64,000 nt of DNA from Erythrobacter sp. (GTDB lineage Bacteria; Pseudomonadota; Alphaproteobacteria; Sphingomonadales; Sphingomonadaceae). The notes under the pieces were generated by a model that saw only the letters and a program-made list of their open reading frames with translations, made no database searches and was not told the origin of the DNA. Numbering within the stretch: position 1 is the stretch's first letter; the number at the start of each line of letters is the position of its first letter. The stretch is from positions 314 through 64,313 of the forward strand of contig NZ_JAMNXL010000001.1 in assembly GCF_023653175.1 (NCBI RefSeq), given 5' to 3'. The translations under genes were made by a program, and so were the position numbers. Positions 1-7,474 of this stretch are shown piece after piece.

Positions 1-208
1 CCAACCTTTGGCTTCCCGCTACCCCATCCCCCTGTCCGATCCCATCCGTATTCGACTGGACATAGCGCCAAATCTCACGGTATTGAGGGACTTTCCGACC
101 AAACGCGTTCGAAAGCGTCCGCCCCCAGCCATAGGGGACTGGGTGTATGATTGGGGACTAACCGTCGACCGTGCCCATGGTGGTTCGCTGATTGGCTGCT
201 TCCCAAAC

Positions 209-967
209 CTAAATGGCCGGCTTCGCCATCATCCACAGCGCCATCGCAATCATCATCAAGTTTTCGGTCAGCGAGACGAATCCCAGCGGCACGTTGCTGT
301 CTCCGCCGACGCAGGCACACTTCAGCTCGCGCCGATCGATGTAGACCGCTTTGAAAACCGAAACGGCGCCAATCGTGCCGATGAACAGCGCCACCGGGAT
401 CGACAGCCAGTGGAGTGCGCCTGCCACCATCAGCACGCCCGCCAGCCCTTCGGCAAAGGGGTAGACCCGGCCATAGGGCACCCAGCGCCGGGCGAGCAGA
501 TCGTAATTCAGGAACATGGTCGCGAACTTCTCGACGTTCTGAAGCTTGAGCAGAGCCAGCACCACCATGGAAAAAGCCACGAACCATTCGGCCACGCGGA
601 TGCTGAGCACCGTGCCATCGACGGCAAAGCCTGCAGCCATCGCCATCAGCGCGGTCATCGCAAACAGCGCGATCACCGGGCGATAGGTCGTCGCAGCGGG
701 ATCAACAACCTTGAGTCCAAGGAACCGGCGCAGATCATCATATCCCCCGATCCGTTGCCCGCCGACGAAGGTCTGCGGCGTGGTGGCGACACCATGCTCG
801 GCCTTGAAGACGTCGGTATCGGCGCGGGTGGTAAGATGGTTGTCGATCACCGCGTAGCCGCGGGATTCAAGCAGGTGCTTGGCCTTCAAACCGTAGGGGC
901 AGATGTGATCGGGCATTACCATGCGATACAGCACGGCGGTGGCCGACCTAGAGCGGGTCATGAGCAT
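209..967 (-). CDS. Glutaredoxin-domain / MauE(DoxX-like) membrane-domain fusion protein (252 aa)
   Basis: ORF 209..1033 trimmed to the Met at 967 (MLMTRSRS...). N-terminal glutaredoxin-like segment with CPYG (VMPDHICPYGLKAKHLL). C-terminal multi-TM domain with a MauE-like KCACVGG motif. Lies about 36 nt downstream of a mer-type promoter. Confidence 0.75.
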   Translation of the reverse strand: MLMTRSRSATAVLYRMVMPDHICPYGLKAKHLLESRGYAVIDNHLTTRADTDVFKAEHGVATTPQTFVGGQRIGGYDDLRRFLGLKVVDPAATTYRPVIALFAMTALMAMAAGFAVDGTVLSIRVAEWFVAFSMVVLALLKLQNVEKFATMFLNYDLLARRWVPYGRVYPFAEGLAGVLMVAGALHWLSIPVALFIGTIGAVSVFKAVYIDRRELKCACVGGDSNVPLGFVSLTENLMMIAMALWMMAKPAI

Positions 968-1002
968 TGCCGAATTCCTTTGATTCGCTTCCAATGCCGC
1001 CT

Positions 1003-1033
1003 GTATAAGTCCCGTACCGTAGTACGGAATCAA
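1003..1033 (-). promoter_or_regulatory. mer-type MerR operator/promoter: -35 TTGATT, 19-nt spacer carrying dyad CCGTAC-N4-GTACGG, -10 TTATAC (read on minus strand)
   Basis: The reverse complement of 1003..1033 reads TTGATT-CCGTACTACGGTACGGGAC-TTATAC. The perfect dyad is at 1012..1027. The 19-nt spacer is the MerR-family hallmark. A possible overlapping plus-strand promoter TTGATT(980-985)-18 nt-TATAAG(1004-1009) faces the regulator gene. Confidence 0.55.
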
Positions 1034-1041
1034 GTGGGTTT

Positions 1042-1431
1042 ATGAAAATTGGTGATCTGGCCCGCGCCGGCGGGGTGAATGTCGAGACAATCCGCTACTA
1101 CCAGCGGCGCGGGCTGCTGGCCGAACCGCCGCGCGGGGACGGGCCGCGGCGCTATGGCCTTGACGATCTTGAACGGCTCCGCTCGATCCGGGCCGCGCAG
1201 ACCGCCGGGTTCACGCTCGACGAGATTGCCACGCTCCTTGCCCTGAACACCGATGATCGTTCCGCTGCGCATAGCCTTGCGCAAAGCCGTATCGCAGCGC
1301 TCGACGCCAAGATCGCCACCTTGCAGACCATGCGCGGCGCGCTGCTGCGACTGGCGGACGCGTGCGCGGCTGGCGAAACGGGGCCATGCCCGATCATCGC
1401 CGCCTTCAACCCCGACCAGGTGCAGCGGTGA
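1042..1431 (+). CDS. MerR-family transcriptional regulator, MerR(Hg)-like but with only two Cys
   Basis: N-terminal wHTH GVNVETIRYYQRRGLL. Coiled-coil region. C-terminal C-x7-C-PIIAAF resembles the MerR metal loop. Divergent from the Grx-MauE gene with the dyad operator between them. Confidence 0.9.
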   Translation: MKIGDLARAGGVNVETIRYYQRRGLLAEPPRGDGPRRYGLDDLERLRSIRAAQTAGFTLDEIATLLALNTDDRSAAHSLAQSRIAALDAKIATLQTMRGALLRLADACAAGETGPCPIIAAFNPDQVQR

Positions 1432-1494
1432 TTTCGCCCAAGCCATGAGGGATTTTTCGCACGCGTGCGTATGCAATGCGTCAGGAGAAATGTG

Positions 1495-1752
1495 ATGGAT
1501 ATCGACGGCAATCTTGCGCAGCTCGCCGCTGCCCCGCTGCCCGATCTTTCGGCGATTGACGGCGGCGCGCTTGCCGTGCGGGCGCGGGCGGAGGTGCGTC
1601 ATTCGCGCAGCACTCTGGCAGTGGCGATGGCGGCATCGCTGGGGATCGGGGTCGTTGGCGGAATGCAGGCTCCGGCGAAGGCCGAGGTGCCGCTTGCCGC
1701 TTTCGGCCCTTCGCTTGCTCTCGCACCGCTGATCGCGCTGGGGCAGGAATGA
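1495..1752 (+). CDS. Small single-TM protein, CnrY-like anti-sigma candidate (85 aa)
   Basis: ORF 1465..1752 trimmed to ATG 1495, which has the RBS AGGAGA 7 nt upstream. One central hydrophobic segment (TLAVAMAASLGIGVVGG). Its stop overlaps the next start (ATGA 1749-1752). Position and size match cnrY in cnrYXH. No sequence motif recognised. Confidence 0.5.
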   Translation: MDIDGNLAQLAAAPLPDLSAIDGGALAVRARAEVRHSRSTLAVAMAASLGIGVVGGMQAPAKAEVPLAAFGPSLALAPLIALGQE

Positions 1753-2186
1753 CCGGCCGCCGCCTTGCTGTCGCCGCCGTTCTGGTGATTGCCCTTGCGC
1801 TTGTGGGCGTGTGGCTGGGGCGGATGGTTCAGCCGGCTGCGCATCACAGCGGCGCCGAGCTGCACGCGCTGATGCATGACGGGCTGGAACTCGACGACGC
1901 ACAGGAACGCTCGCTCGCCGTGCTTGAGCGCGATTTTGCCGTGCGCCGCGAAGCGCTCGAAGCACGGCTGAGGGCCGACAACGCGCGGCTCGCCGAAGCG
2001 ATTGCCGCCGAGCATCAGTATGGCCCACGTGTCTCGGCCGCGGTCGACGCCACCCACATGGCGATGGGCGACCTTCAGAAAGCGACGCTCGAACACATCT
2101 TCGCAATGCGCGCGATCCTGCGCCCCGATCAGCAGGCCAAGTTCGACGCGGCAGTCGCCAAGAGCCTTGCGCAACCGGGCAAGTGA
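1749..2186 (+). CDS. Membrane-anchored periplasmic heavy-metal sensor, CnrX-like (Spy/CpxP/ZraP fold family)
   Basis: N-terminal TM (LAVAAVLVIALALVGVWL). H-x3-H (LHALMHDG) and GDLQKATLEHIFAMRAILRPDQ, very similar to my recollection of the CnrX C-terminal helix ([22 protein letters not shown]). Confidence 0.8.
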   Translation: MTGRRLAVAAVLVIALALVGVWLGRMVQPAAHHSGAELHALMHDGLELDDAQERSLAVLERDFAVRREALEARLRADNARLAEAIAAEHQYGPRVSAAVDATHMAMGDLQKATLEHIFAMRAILRPDQQAKFDAAVAKSLAQPGK

Positions 2187-2755
2187 ACAGCGACAATCCG
2201 GACGCGGCGCTGGTGCGCGGGGCGCTGGCAGATGATGCGCAATCGGCACGCGCGCTGGTGGAGCGGCACCGGGAGGCGGTCTACCGCCTCGCCCGAAGCG
2301 CAACAGGCGATGCGGAGGAAGCGTTCGACATCACCCAAGAGGCCTTTGTCGCTGCCTTTGCCGCTCTGCACCGCTATGATCCGGCCCGGCCTTTCAGAGG
2401 ATGGATCGCGGCCATCGCGCTCAACAAGTGCCGCGATCATGCGCGGCGGCGCGCGGTGCGGCGCTTTCTCGGGCTTCCACTGCCCGATAACGCCGCCGAT
2501 TGGGTCGCGGACCATGCACCCTTGCCAGAGACTGTAGCCGCGGATCGGGCCGAGCTTGCTGCCACTGCCCGCGCGATCGCCGCGCTGCCGTCCAGCCTCA
2601 AGGACGTGCTGATCCTGCGCACGATCGAAGGCCTGTCGCAGGACGACACCGCGCAGACGCTTGGCATCAGTGCGAAGGCGGTCGAAACTCGGCTGTATCG
2701 CGCACGGCAAAAACTGACGGAGGCGATGAGGGATAAGCCGCGTTCCCGCGTATAG
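2183..2755 (+). CDS. ECF (sigma-70 family) RNA polymerase sigma factor, CnrH-like position
   Basis: GTG start overlapping the previous stop (GTGA). Region 2 (HRYDPARPFRGWIAAIALNKCRDHARRR) and region 4 HTH (LSQDDTAQTLGISAKAVETRLYRARQKL). Confidence 0.9.
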   Translation: MNSDNPDAALVRGALADDAQSARALVERHREAVYRLARSATGDAEEAFDITQEAFVAAFAALHRYDPARPFRGWIAAIALNKCRDHARRRAVRRFLGLPLPDNAADWVADHAPLPETVAADRAELAATARAIAALPSSLKDVLILRTIEGLSQDDTAQTLGISAKAVETRLYRARQKLTEAMRDKPRSRV

Positions 2756-2760
2756 GAGAC

Positions 2761-4473
2761 ATGACCTCTCCCGTTCTTTCTCGCCGCCGCCTTCTGGCAG
2801 GTGCCGGAGCAGCTTCGGCCATTGCCGCGCTGCCTGCCTGGGCGCAGGGCCATTCGATGCACAAGATGCGCGGGGGCGCACCGATCCGGGTCGGCTTTGA
2901 CGAGGTGAGCGGCGCGGTGATCGATCTTGCCGTAGACCACGGCCCGCGCGTGGTTCAGGGGCGCAAAGGGCACGGTGTTGCGGTCAACGGGAGTGTGCCC
3001 GGCCCGCTGGTGCGCATGAAGGAAGGGACCAATGTCCGCCTCAATGTGACCAACCGGCTGGCCGAAGACACCTCGATCCACTGGCACGGCTTGCTCGTAC
3101 CGTTTCATATGGATGGCGTGCCGGGGATCAGCTTTCCCGGGATCAAGCCGGGGCAGACCTTCACCTATGAATTTCCGGTCAGACAGGCTGGGACTTACTG
3201 GTATCACAGCCATTCGGGCTTGCAGGAACAGCAGGGGCATTATGGCCCACTGATCATCGATCCGGCTGGCGACGAACCGGCCGAATATGATCGCGATTAC
3301 ATCCTGCTCCTGAGCGAGTTCACCGCGTTGCACCCGCACAAGATCATGGACCGGCTGCGCAAGGGTGAAGGCTATTTCAACTACCAGCAGACCAGCTGGG
3401 CGGATGATTACCCGCTGACGGCCGAGGACAGGCGGATGTGGGCGCAGATGCGCATGCCCGCGACCGACATCGCCGATGTCACAGGCTCCACCTACACCTA
3501 CCTTGCCAATGGGCGCGGGCCGAAGGAGGGGCTGGAATACCTGTTCAACTCAGGTGAACGCGTCCGCCTGCGCGTCATCAACGGTTCGGCGATGACGTTC
3601 TTCAACCTGCGTATACCGGGCCTGCCGATGACGGTGATCGCCGCCGATGGCCAGAACGTGAAGCCGGTCGAGGTAGACGAATTGCAGATCGGCACGGCGG
3701 AGACATACGACCTTGTAATCGAGCCCCGCGCCGAGGCCTATACGATCGTTGCCGAAAGCATGGACCGTTCAGGTATGGCGCTTGCCACGCTCGCAAGCAG
3801 ACCTGGCGCCCGCGCGCCGATCCCGCCGCCAAGGAAGCCCCCGCTACTCGACATGGGCGACATGGGGATGAACCACGGCGATATGGGTGGTAGTCACAGC
3901 ATGGACGGCATGAAGATGCGCGACACGCTGCTCCTGCCCCCCGATGTGAAGACCGGGCCGGGGATCGACATGGTTTCCATGGCGCCGGTCGACAAGCTCG
4001 GCGATCCCGGCCTCGGCCTGCGCGATGTGGATCACCGCGTTCTGAATTACCGGATGCTGTCTGCGCTGGAGCCGAACCGCGACACCCGAACGCCTTCGCG
4101 GCTGCTCGAACTGCACCTGACCGGCAATATGGAACGCTACATGTGGTCCTTCGATGGCCAGATGTATTCCGCTGTCAGCGATGTGCCGGTCCGCTTTGCC
4201 TGGAACGAGCGGGTGCGGGTGAAGCTCGTGAACAACACGATGATGGCGCACCCCATTCACCTGCACGGGATGTTTTTCGAGCTGGTCAACGGCGAGGATG
4301 CCGCCCACCAGCCGCGCAAGAACGTGGTGATCGTCCAGCCCGGCGCGAGCGCGCAGTTCGATCTCACCTCCAATGAACCGGGCGACTGGGCGTTTCACTG
4401 CCACCTGCTTTACCACATGCACGGCGGAATGATGCAGACCGTGACGGTGATGGGGCAGGGGAGCGGGGCGTGA
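2761..4473 (+). CDS. copA: Copper-resistance multicopper oxidase CopA
   Basis: Tat signal SRRRLLAGAG...AWA. MCO copper motifs HWHG, HSHSG, HPIHLHG and HCHLLYHMHGGMM. Met/His-rich insert MGDMGMNHGDMGGSHSMDGMKM. Confidence 0.95.
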   Translation: MTSPVLSRRRLLAGAGAASAIAALPAWAQGHSMHKMRGGAPIRVGFDEVSGAVIDLAVDHGPRVVQGRKGHGVAVNGSVPGPLVRMKEGTNVRLNVTNRLAEDTSIHWHGLLVPFHMDGVPGISFPGIKPGQTFTYEFPVRQAGTYWYHSHSGLQEQQGHYGPLIIDPAGDEPAEYDRDYILLLSEFTALHPHKIMDRLRKGEGYFNYQQTSWADDYPLTAEDRRMWAQMRMPATDIADVTGSTYTYLANGRGPKEGLEYLFNSGERVRLRVINGSAMTFFNLRIPGLPMTVIAADGQNVKPVEVDELQIGTAETYDLVIEPRAEAYTIVAESMDRSGMALATLASRPGARAPIPPPRKPPLLDMGDMGMNHGDMGGSHSMDGMKMRDTLLLPPDVKTGPGIDMVSMAPVDKLGDPGLGLRDVDHRVLNYRMLSALEPNRDTRTPSRLLELHLTGNMERYMWSFDGQMYSAVSDVPVRFAWNERVRVKLVNNTMMAHPIHLHGMFFELVNGEDAAHQPRKNVVIVQPGASAQFDLTSNEPGDWAFHCHLLYHMHGGMMQTVTVMGQGSGA

Positions 4474-5339
4474 AGTTCGCATTGTCCTTGCTGGCGCTGA
4501 CGGTTGCATTTCCGCTCGCCGCGCAAGACCCGCACGCCGGGCATGATATGGGCAGCATGAGCGAGCCGGAGAAATCGACCTCTCCCGGCCCGACTATGGA
4601 GACCCCGCCGCCTGCTGCCGCTGGCAGCGGCCCGCCGCGCGCTGCCGATGCGATCTGGGGTGCCGATGCCATGCAGGCCTCGCGCGAGGATCTGCGCCGC
4701 ACCCATGGCGATTTCCCAGTCTTGTGGCTCCAGGGCGACCGGCTGGAAGCGCAGGTGCGCAAGGGTGAAGACGTCTACCTGTGGGACATTCAGGGCTATT
4801 ACGGCGGCACTACCGAACGGTTGTGGTTCAAGTCCGAAGGCGAAGGCACATTCGGCGAAAATCCCGAAGATGCCGAGGTGCAGGCGCTTTATGCCAAGGC
4901 CTTCGCGCCGTTCTGGGATCTGCAGGCCGGCATACGCCAAGACATCGGCGGGCCGAACACCACCCATGCGGTGATCGGTGTGCAGGGCCTTGCGCCCTAT
5001 CTGTTCGAGATCGACACCGCGCTGTTCCTCTCGCATCGCGGCGATGTGACCGCCCGCCTTGAAGCTGAGATCGACCAGCGCATCACGCAGCGCCTGATCC
5101 TCCAGCCGCGCATCGAGGCCAACCTTTCCGCGCAGGACATTCCCCAATTGGGCATCGGCGCGGGGCTTGACCAGATCGAGGTCGGCGCGCGGCTGCGTTA
5201 CGAGATCAGGCGCGAATTTGCCCCCTATATCGGCATCGAACAATCCTGGCGCACCGGACGCAGCGCCAATCTCGCCCGCGCTCGGGGCGAAGACCCATCC
5301 GTCACCAGCTTTGTGGCTGGTATCCGTTTCTGGTTCTGA
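4470..5339 (+). CDS. copB: Copper-resistance outer-membrane protein CopB
   Basis: GTG start overlapping the copA stop. Signal peptide MKFALSLLALTVAFPLAAQ. His/Met-rich N-terminus. C-terminal beta-barrel ending ...GIRFWF. Canonical position after copA. Confidence 0.9.
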   Translation: MKFALSLLALTVAFPLAAQDPHAGHDMGSMSEPEKSTSPGPTMETPPPAAAGSGPPRAADAIWGADAMQASREDLRRTHGDFPVLWLQGDRLEAQVRKGEDVYLWDIQGYYGGTTERLWFKSEGEGTFGENPEDAEVQALYAKAFAPFWDLQAGIRQDIGGPNTTHAVIGVQGLAPYLFEIDTALFLSHRGDVTARLEAEIDQRITQRLILQPRIEANLSAQDIPQLGIGAGLDQIEVGARLRYEIRREFAPYIGIEQSWRTGRSANLARARGEDPSVTSFVAGIRFWF

Positions 5340-5362
5340 TCAATACGAAGGACACTTTTTCC

Positions 5363-5743
5363 ATGCGCATTTCCGCCCTCCTCGCTGCCTTCGCGCTTTC
5401 GACCCTCGCCCCCTCGGCGCTGCTGGCGCATGTCCAGCTGACTGCCTCGACGCCGTCAGCCGAAGCCACCGTCAAGGCACCGAAAATTATCACCCTGACC
5501 TTCAGTCAGCCGGTCGATCAGGCGAGCGCTGCCGCCAGCATTGTCATGACGGCCATGCCCGGGATGGCGAACCACGGCGAAATGCCGATCCGCAATTTCA
5601 CCATGAGTTGGTCTGCCGATAACACAACCTTGACACTGACGCTCAAGAAGCCCCTGCCGACCGGGAGCTACGAAGTGCGCTGGCAGGCCGCTGCGGGCGA
5701 TGGTCACGCGATGAACGGGACGGTCGGCTTCGAGGTAAGCTGA
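5363..5743 (+). CDS. copC: Periplasmic copper chaperone CopC
   Basis: Signal peptide, then mature N-terminal His (ALLA/HVQLTASTPSAEATV). Met-rich loop MTAMPGMANHGEMP. C-terminal GDGHAMNGTVGFEV is typical of CopC/YobA. Confidence 0.9.
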   Translation: MRISALLAAFALSTLAPSALLAHVQLTASTPSAEATVKAPKIITLTFSQPVDQASAAASIVMTAMPGMANHGEMPIRNFTMSWSADNTTLTLTLKKPLPTGSYEVRWQAAAGDGHAMNGTVGFEVS

Positions 5744-6276
5744 CACCCGCCGCGGTTGCCCGATGCTGGTCTGCACTCGGCGAGCCGACAGAGCCCATGT
5801 GATGACGGCAACGGGCTCGGGACCAGGCTGGGTGGTTTTCGGCAAACGAGTTTAGGACAGCCGCCATTTCTGGCCCGAGCAGGGTAGTGACGGCCCCTCA
5901 CCATCAACGAGGAGCCGATTGCTCACATTTTGGTGCTGGGAGCAACGCCCGAGCTGCGCGGCCGCGCTGACCTCCGCGCCAGTGCGGTGGGAGATCGTTG
6001 CGGTGGCGTTGCTGATGCTGTCACTCATCTGGGCGACCGCATCGGCCGGGCCGGACAAGAGCCAGAGCCCCCCGTCCTCGCCCCCGATCCATGCCACGGT
6101 CGCGAAGCTGCCGGGCAGGTCTGACGAAGGACTCTGCAAGCATGTCTACCGCATTCCTGCAAGCCTGTGTTCGGGGCTCTCGCAGGATGAGGACGACAAG
6201 CCGCATCCCGCTCGAAGCGGTCCCGGCCAGGGATGAAGAGCAAAAAACTAGAGCACGACAGGCCCGCGATGGCACC

Positions 6277-6711
6277 CTAGTCCCCCGCGAAATCCCCTGG
6301 TGTGCCTTGGTGCGGCGCCTCGTGCGTGGCCCAGTCGGCGCTGCCCGGCGGGGGGGCGGGCGAGCCTGCGGGGCCGGCCGGTTCGCTCGCCCCTCCACTC
6401 GCCTCGCCGGTGCGCAGGCGGTGGAGGTGGACCTTGGCGATCATGTTGGCCGAAATCGGTGCGGTGACGAACAGGAACACCGAGATCAGCAGCTCGTGCG
6501 TGGTCCACTCCCCCTCGCCGAGCTGGAACCAAACCACCGAGGCAACCAGCATCGCGCCCATTCCGAGCGTGGACGCCTTGGTGGGGCCGTGGAGCCGCTC
6601 CATCAGCGAGGGCAGGCGCACCAAGCCCCAGCTGCCGACCAGCGCAAAGCCCGCGCCGAGCACGATCAGCGCGGCGGCGAGCAGCTCGGCGAAGGACGCG
6701 GGGCCGCTCAT
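6277..6711 (-). CDS. mrpG: Na+(K+)/H+ antiporter subunit G (Mrp/Mnh/Pha) with Pro/Ala/Gly-rich C-terminal tail
   Basis: ORF 6277..6915 trimmed to Met 6711 (MSGPASFAELLAAALIVLG...), overlapping the mrpF stop by 4 nt. MnhG-like HGPTKASTLG motif. Confidence 0.85.
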   Translation of the reverse strand: MSGPASFAELLAAALIVLGAGFALVGSWGLVRLPSLMERLHGPTKASTLGMGAMLVASVVWFQLGEGEWTTHELLISVFLFVTAPISANMIAKVHLHRLRTGEASGGASEPAGPAGSPAPPPGSADWATHEAPHQGTPGDFAGD

Positions 6712-6989
6712 TCGATGATGTCCCCGCGCAGCAGGAACTTGGCATAGGCGACGGTGCCGACAAAGCCCACCATCGCCAGCAGCAGCGCCGCCTCGAACGC
6801 GGTGCCGCTGCCGCCAGCGATCCCGGAGAGCACGATCAGGCCGATGGTGTTGATCACCATCGTGTCCAATGCGAGGATGCGGTCGGTCACGCCCGGCCCC
6901 TTGACGAGCCGCCACAGGTTCATCGCCAGCGCGAAGCCCAGCGCCGCAAAGCCGAAGGCGAGCGCCCCCTCGAGCACGCTCATCGTCAT
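6708..6989 (-). CDS. mrpF: Na+(K+)/H+ antiporter subunit F
   Basis: 93 aa starting MTMSVLEGALAFGF... Three TM segments. 4-nt overlaps with both neighbours. Operon position. Confidence 0.85.
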   Translation of the reverse strand: MTMSVLEGALAFGFAALGFALAMNLWRLVKGPGVTDRILALDTMVINTIGLIVLSGIAGGSGTAFEAALLLAMVGFVGTVAYAKFLLRGDIIE

Positions 6990-7474
6990 GGGAAAATCTC
7001 CTTCAGCCGCGCCTCGTAGCGCGCCTTGACCTTGGCGATCTCGGCGGCCGGATCGGGAGCGTGGAGGGCGTGGACGAGGAGGTATTCCCCACAGGCCGAG
7101 ACGTCGGCCGAGACCGTGCCGGGCGTCAGGCTGATCGTGCCGGCAAAGACCGTGATCGCCTCGGGGCTGGAAAGTTCGAGCGGGACGGTCAACCATGCCG
7201 GGCGCAGGTCGCGGGTGGGCTTGAACAGGATGATCGCGGCGACCTGGAAGTTGGCGATCACGATGTCCCACAGCACCAGCGCCGCATAGCGACAAGCGGG
7301 CAGGAACCGCACCTTCGGGCGGCCCGGCCACCACGGCGCGGTGAACAGCGGCACCGCCACGCCGACCACCAGCGCGAGGAACAGCGTGCCGAAGGTGAGG
7401 TCGTTGACCATCACCATCCACATCATCACCAGCAGGGCGGAGAGGCCGGGGTGCGGGAGCAGGCGGCGGATCAT
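6986..7474 (-). CDS. mrpE: Na+(K+)/H+ antiporter subunit E
   Basis: 162 aa, MIRRLLPHPGLSALLVMMWMV... Typical MnhE N-terminus. Operon position with 4-nt overlaps. Confidence 0.85.
   Translation of the reverse strand: MIRRLLPHPGLSALLVMMWMVMVNDLTFGTLFLALVVGVAVPLFTAPWWPGRPKVRFLPACRYAALVLWDIVIANFQVAAIILFKPTRDLRPAWLTVPLELSSPEAITVFAGTISLTPGTVSADVSACGEYLLVHALHAPDPAAEIAKVKARYEARLKEIFP

Noticed and set aside
8-1045. 345-aa plus-strand ORF at the left edge, and the unannotated first 208 nt
   Set aside because: The ORF is antisense to the Grx-MauE gene and is His/Arg-rich. I translated the first 208 nt on both strands and looked for a tRNA-like T-arm or a gene end, and found nothing convincing.
1465-1494. 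Upstream Met (MRMQCVRRNV) as the start of the CnrY-like gene
   Set aside because: The ATG at 1495 has a strong AGGAGA RBS at correct spacing. The 1465 start has none and would overlap the likely promoter.
5763-5855. Possible truncated copD right after copC
   Set aside because: The only ORF is 30 aa (MLVCTRRADRAHVMTATGSGPGWVVFGKRV) and is not hydrophobic, so it does not resemble CopD.
5852-6139. 95-aa minus ORF as a real gene or pseudogene
   Set aside because: It contains a protein-like stretch, but it has no recognisable family, overlaps an equally long plus-strand ORF, and has no RBS. It is left uncalled and flagged only as part of the junction finding.
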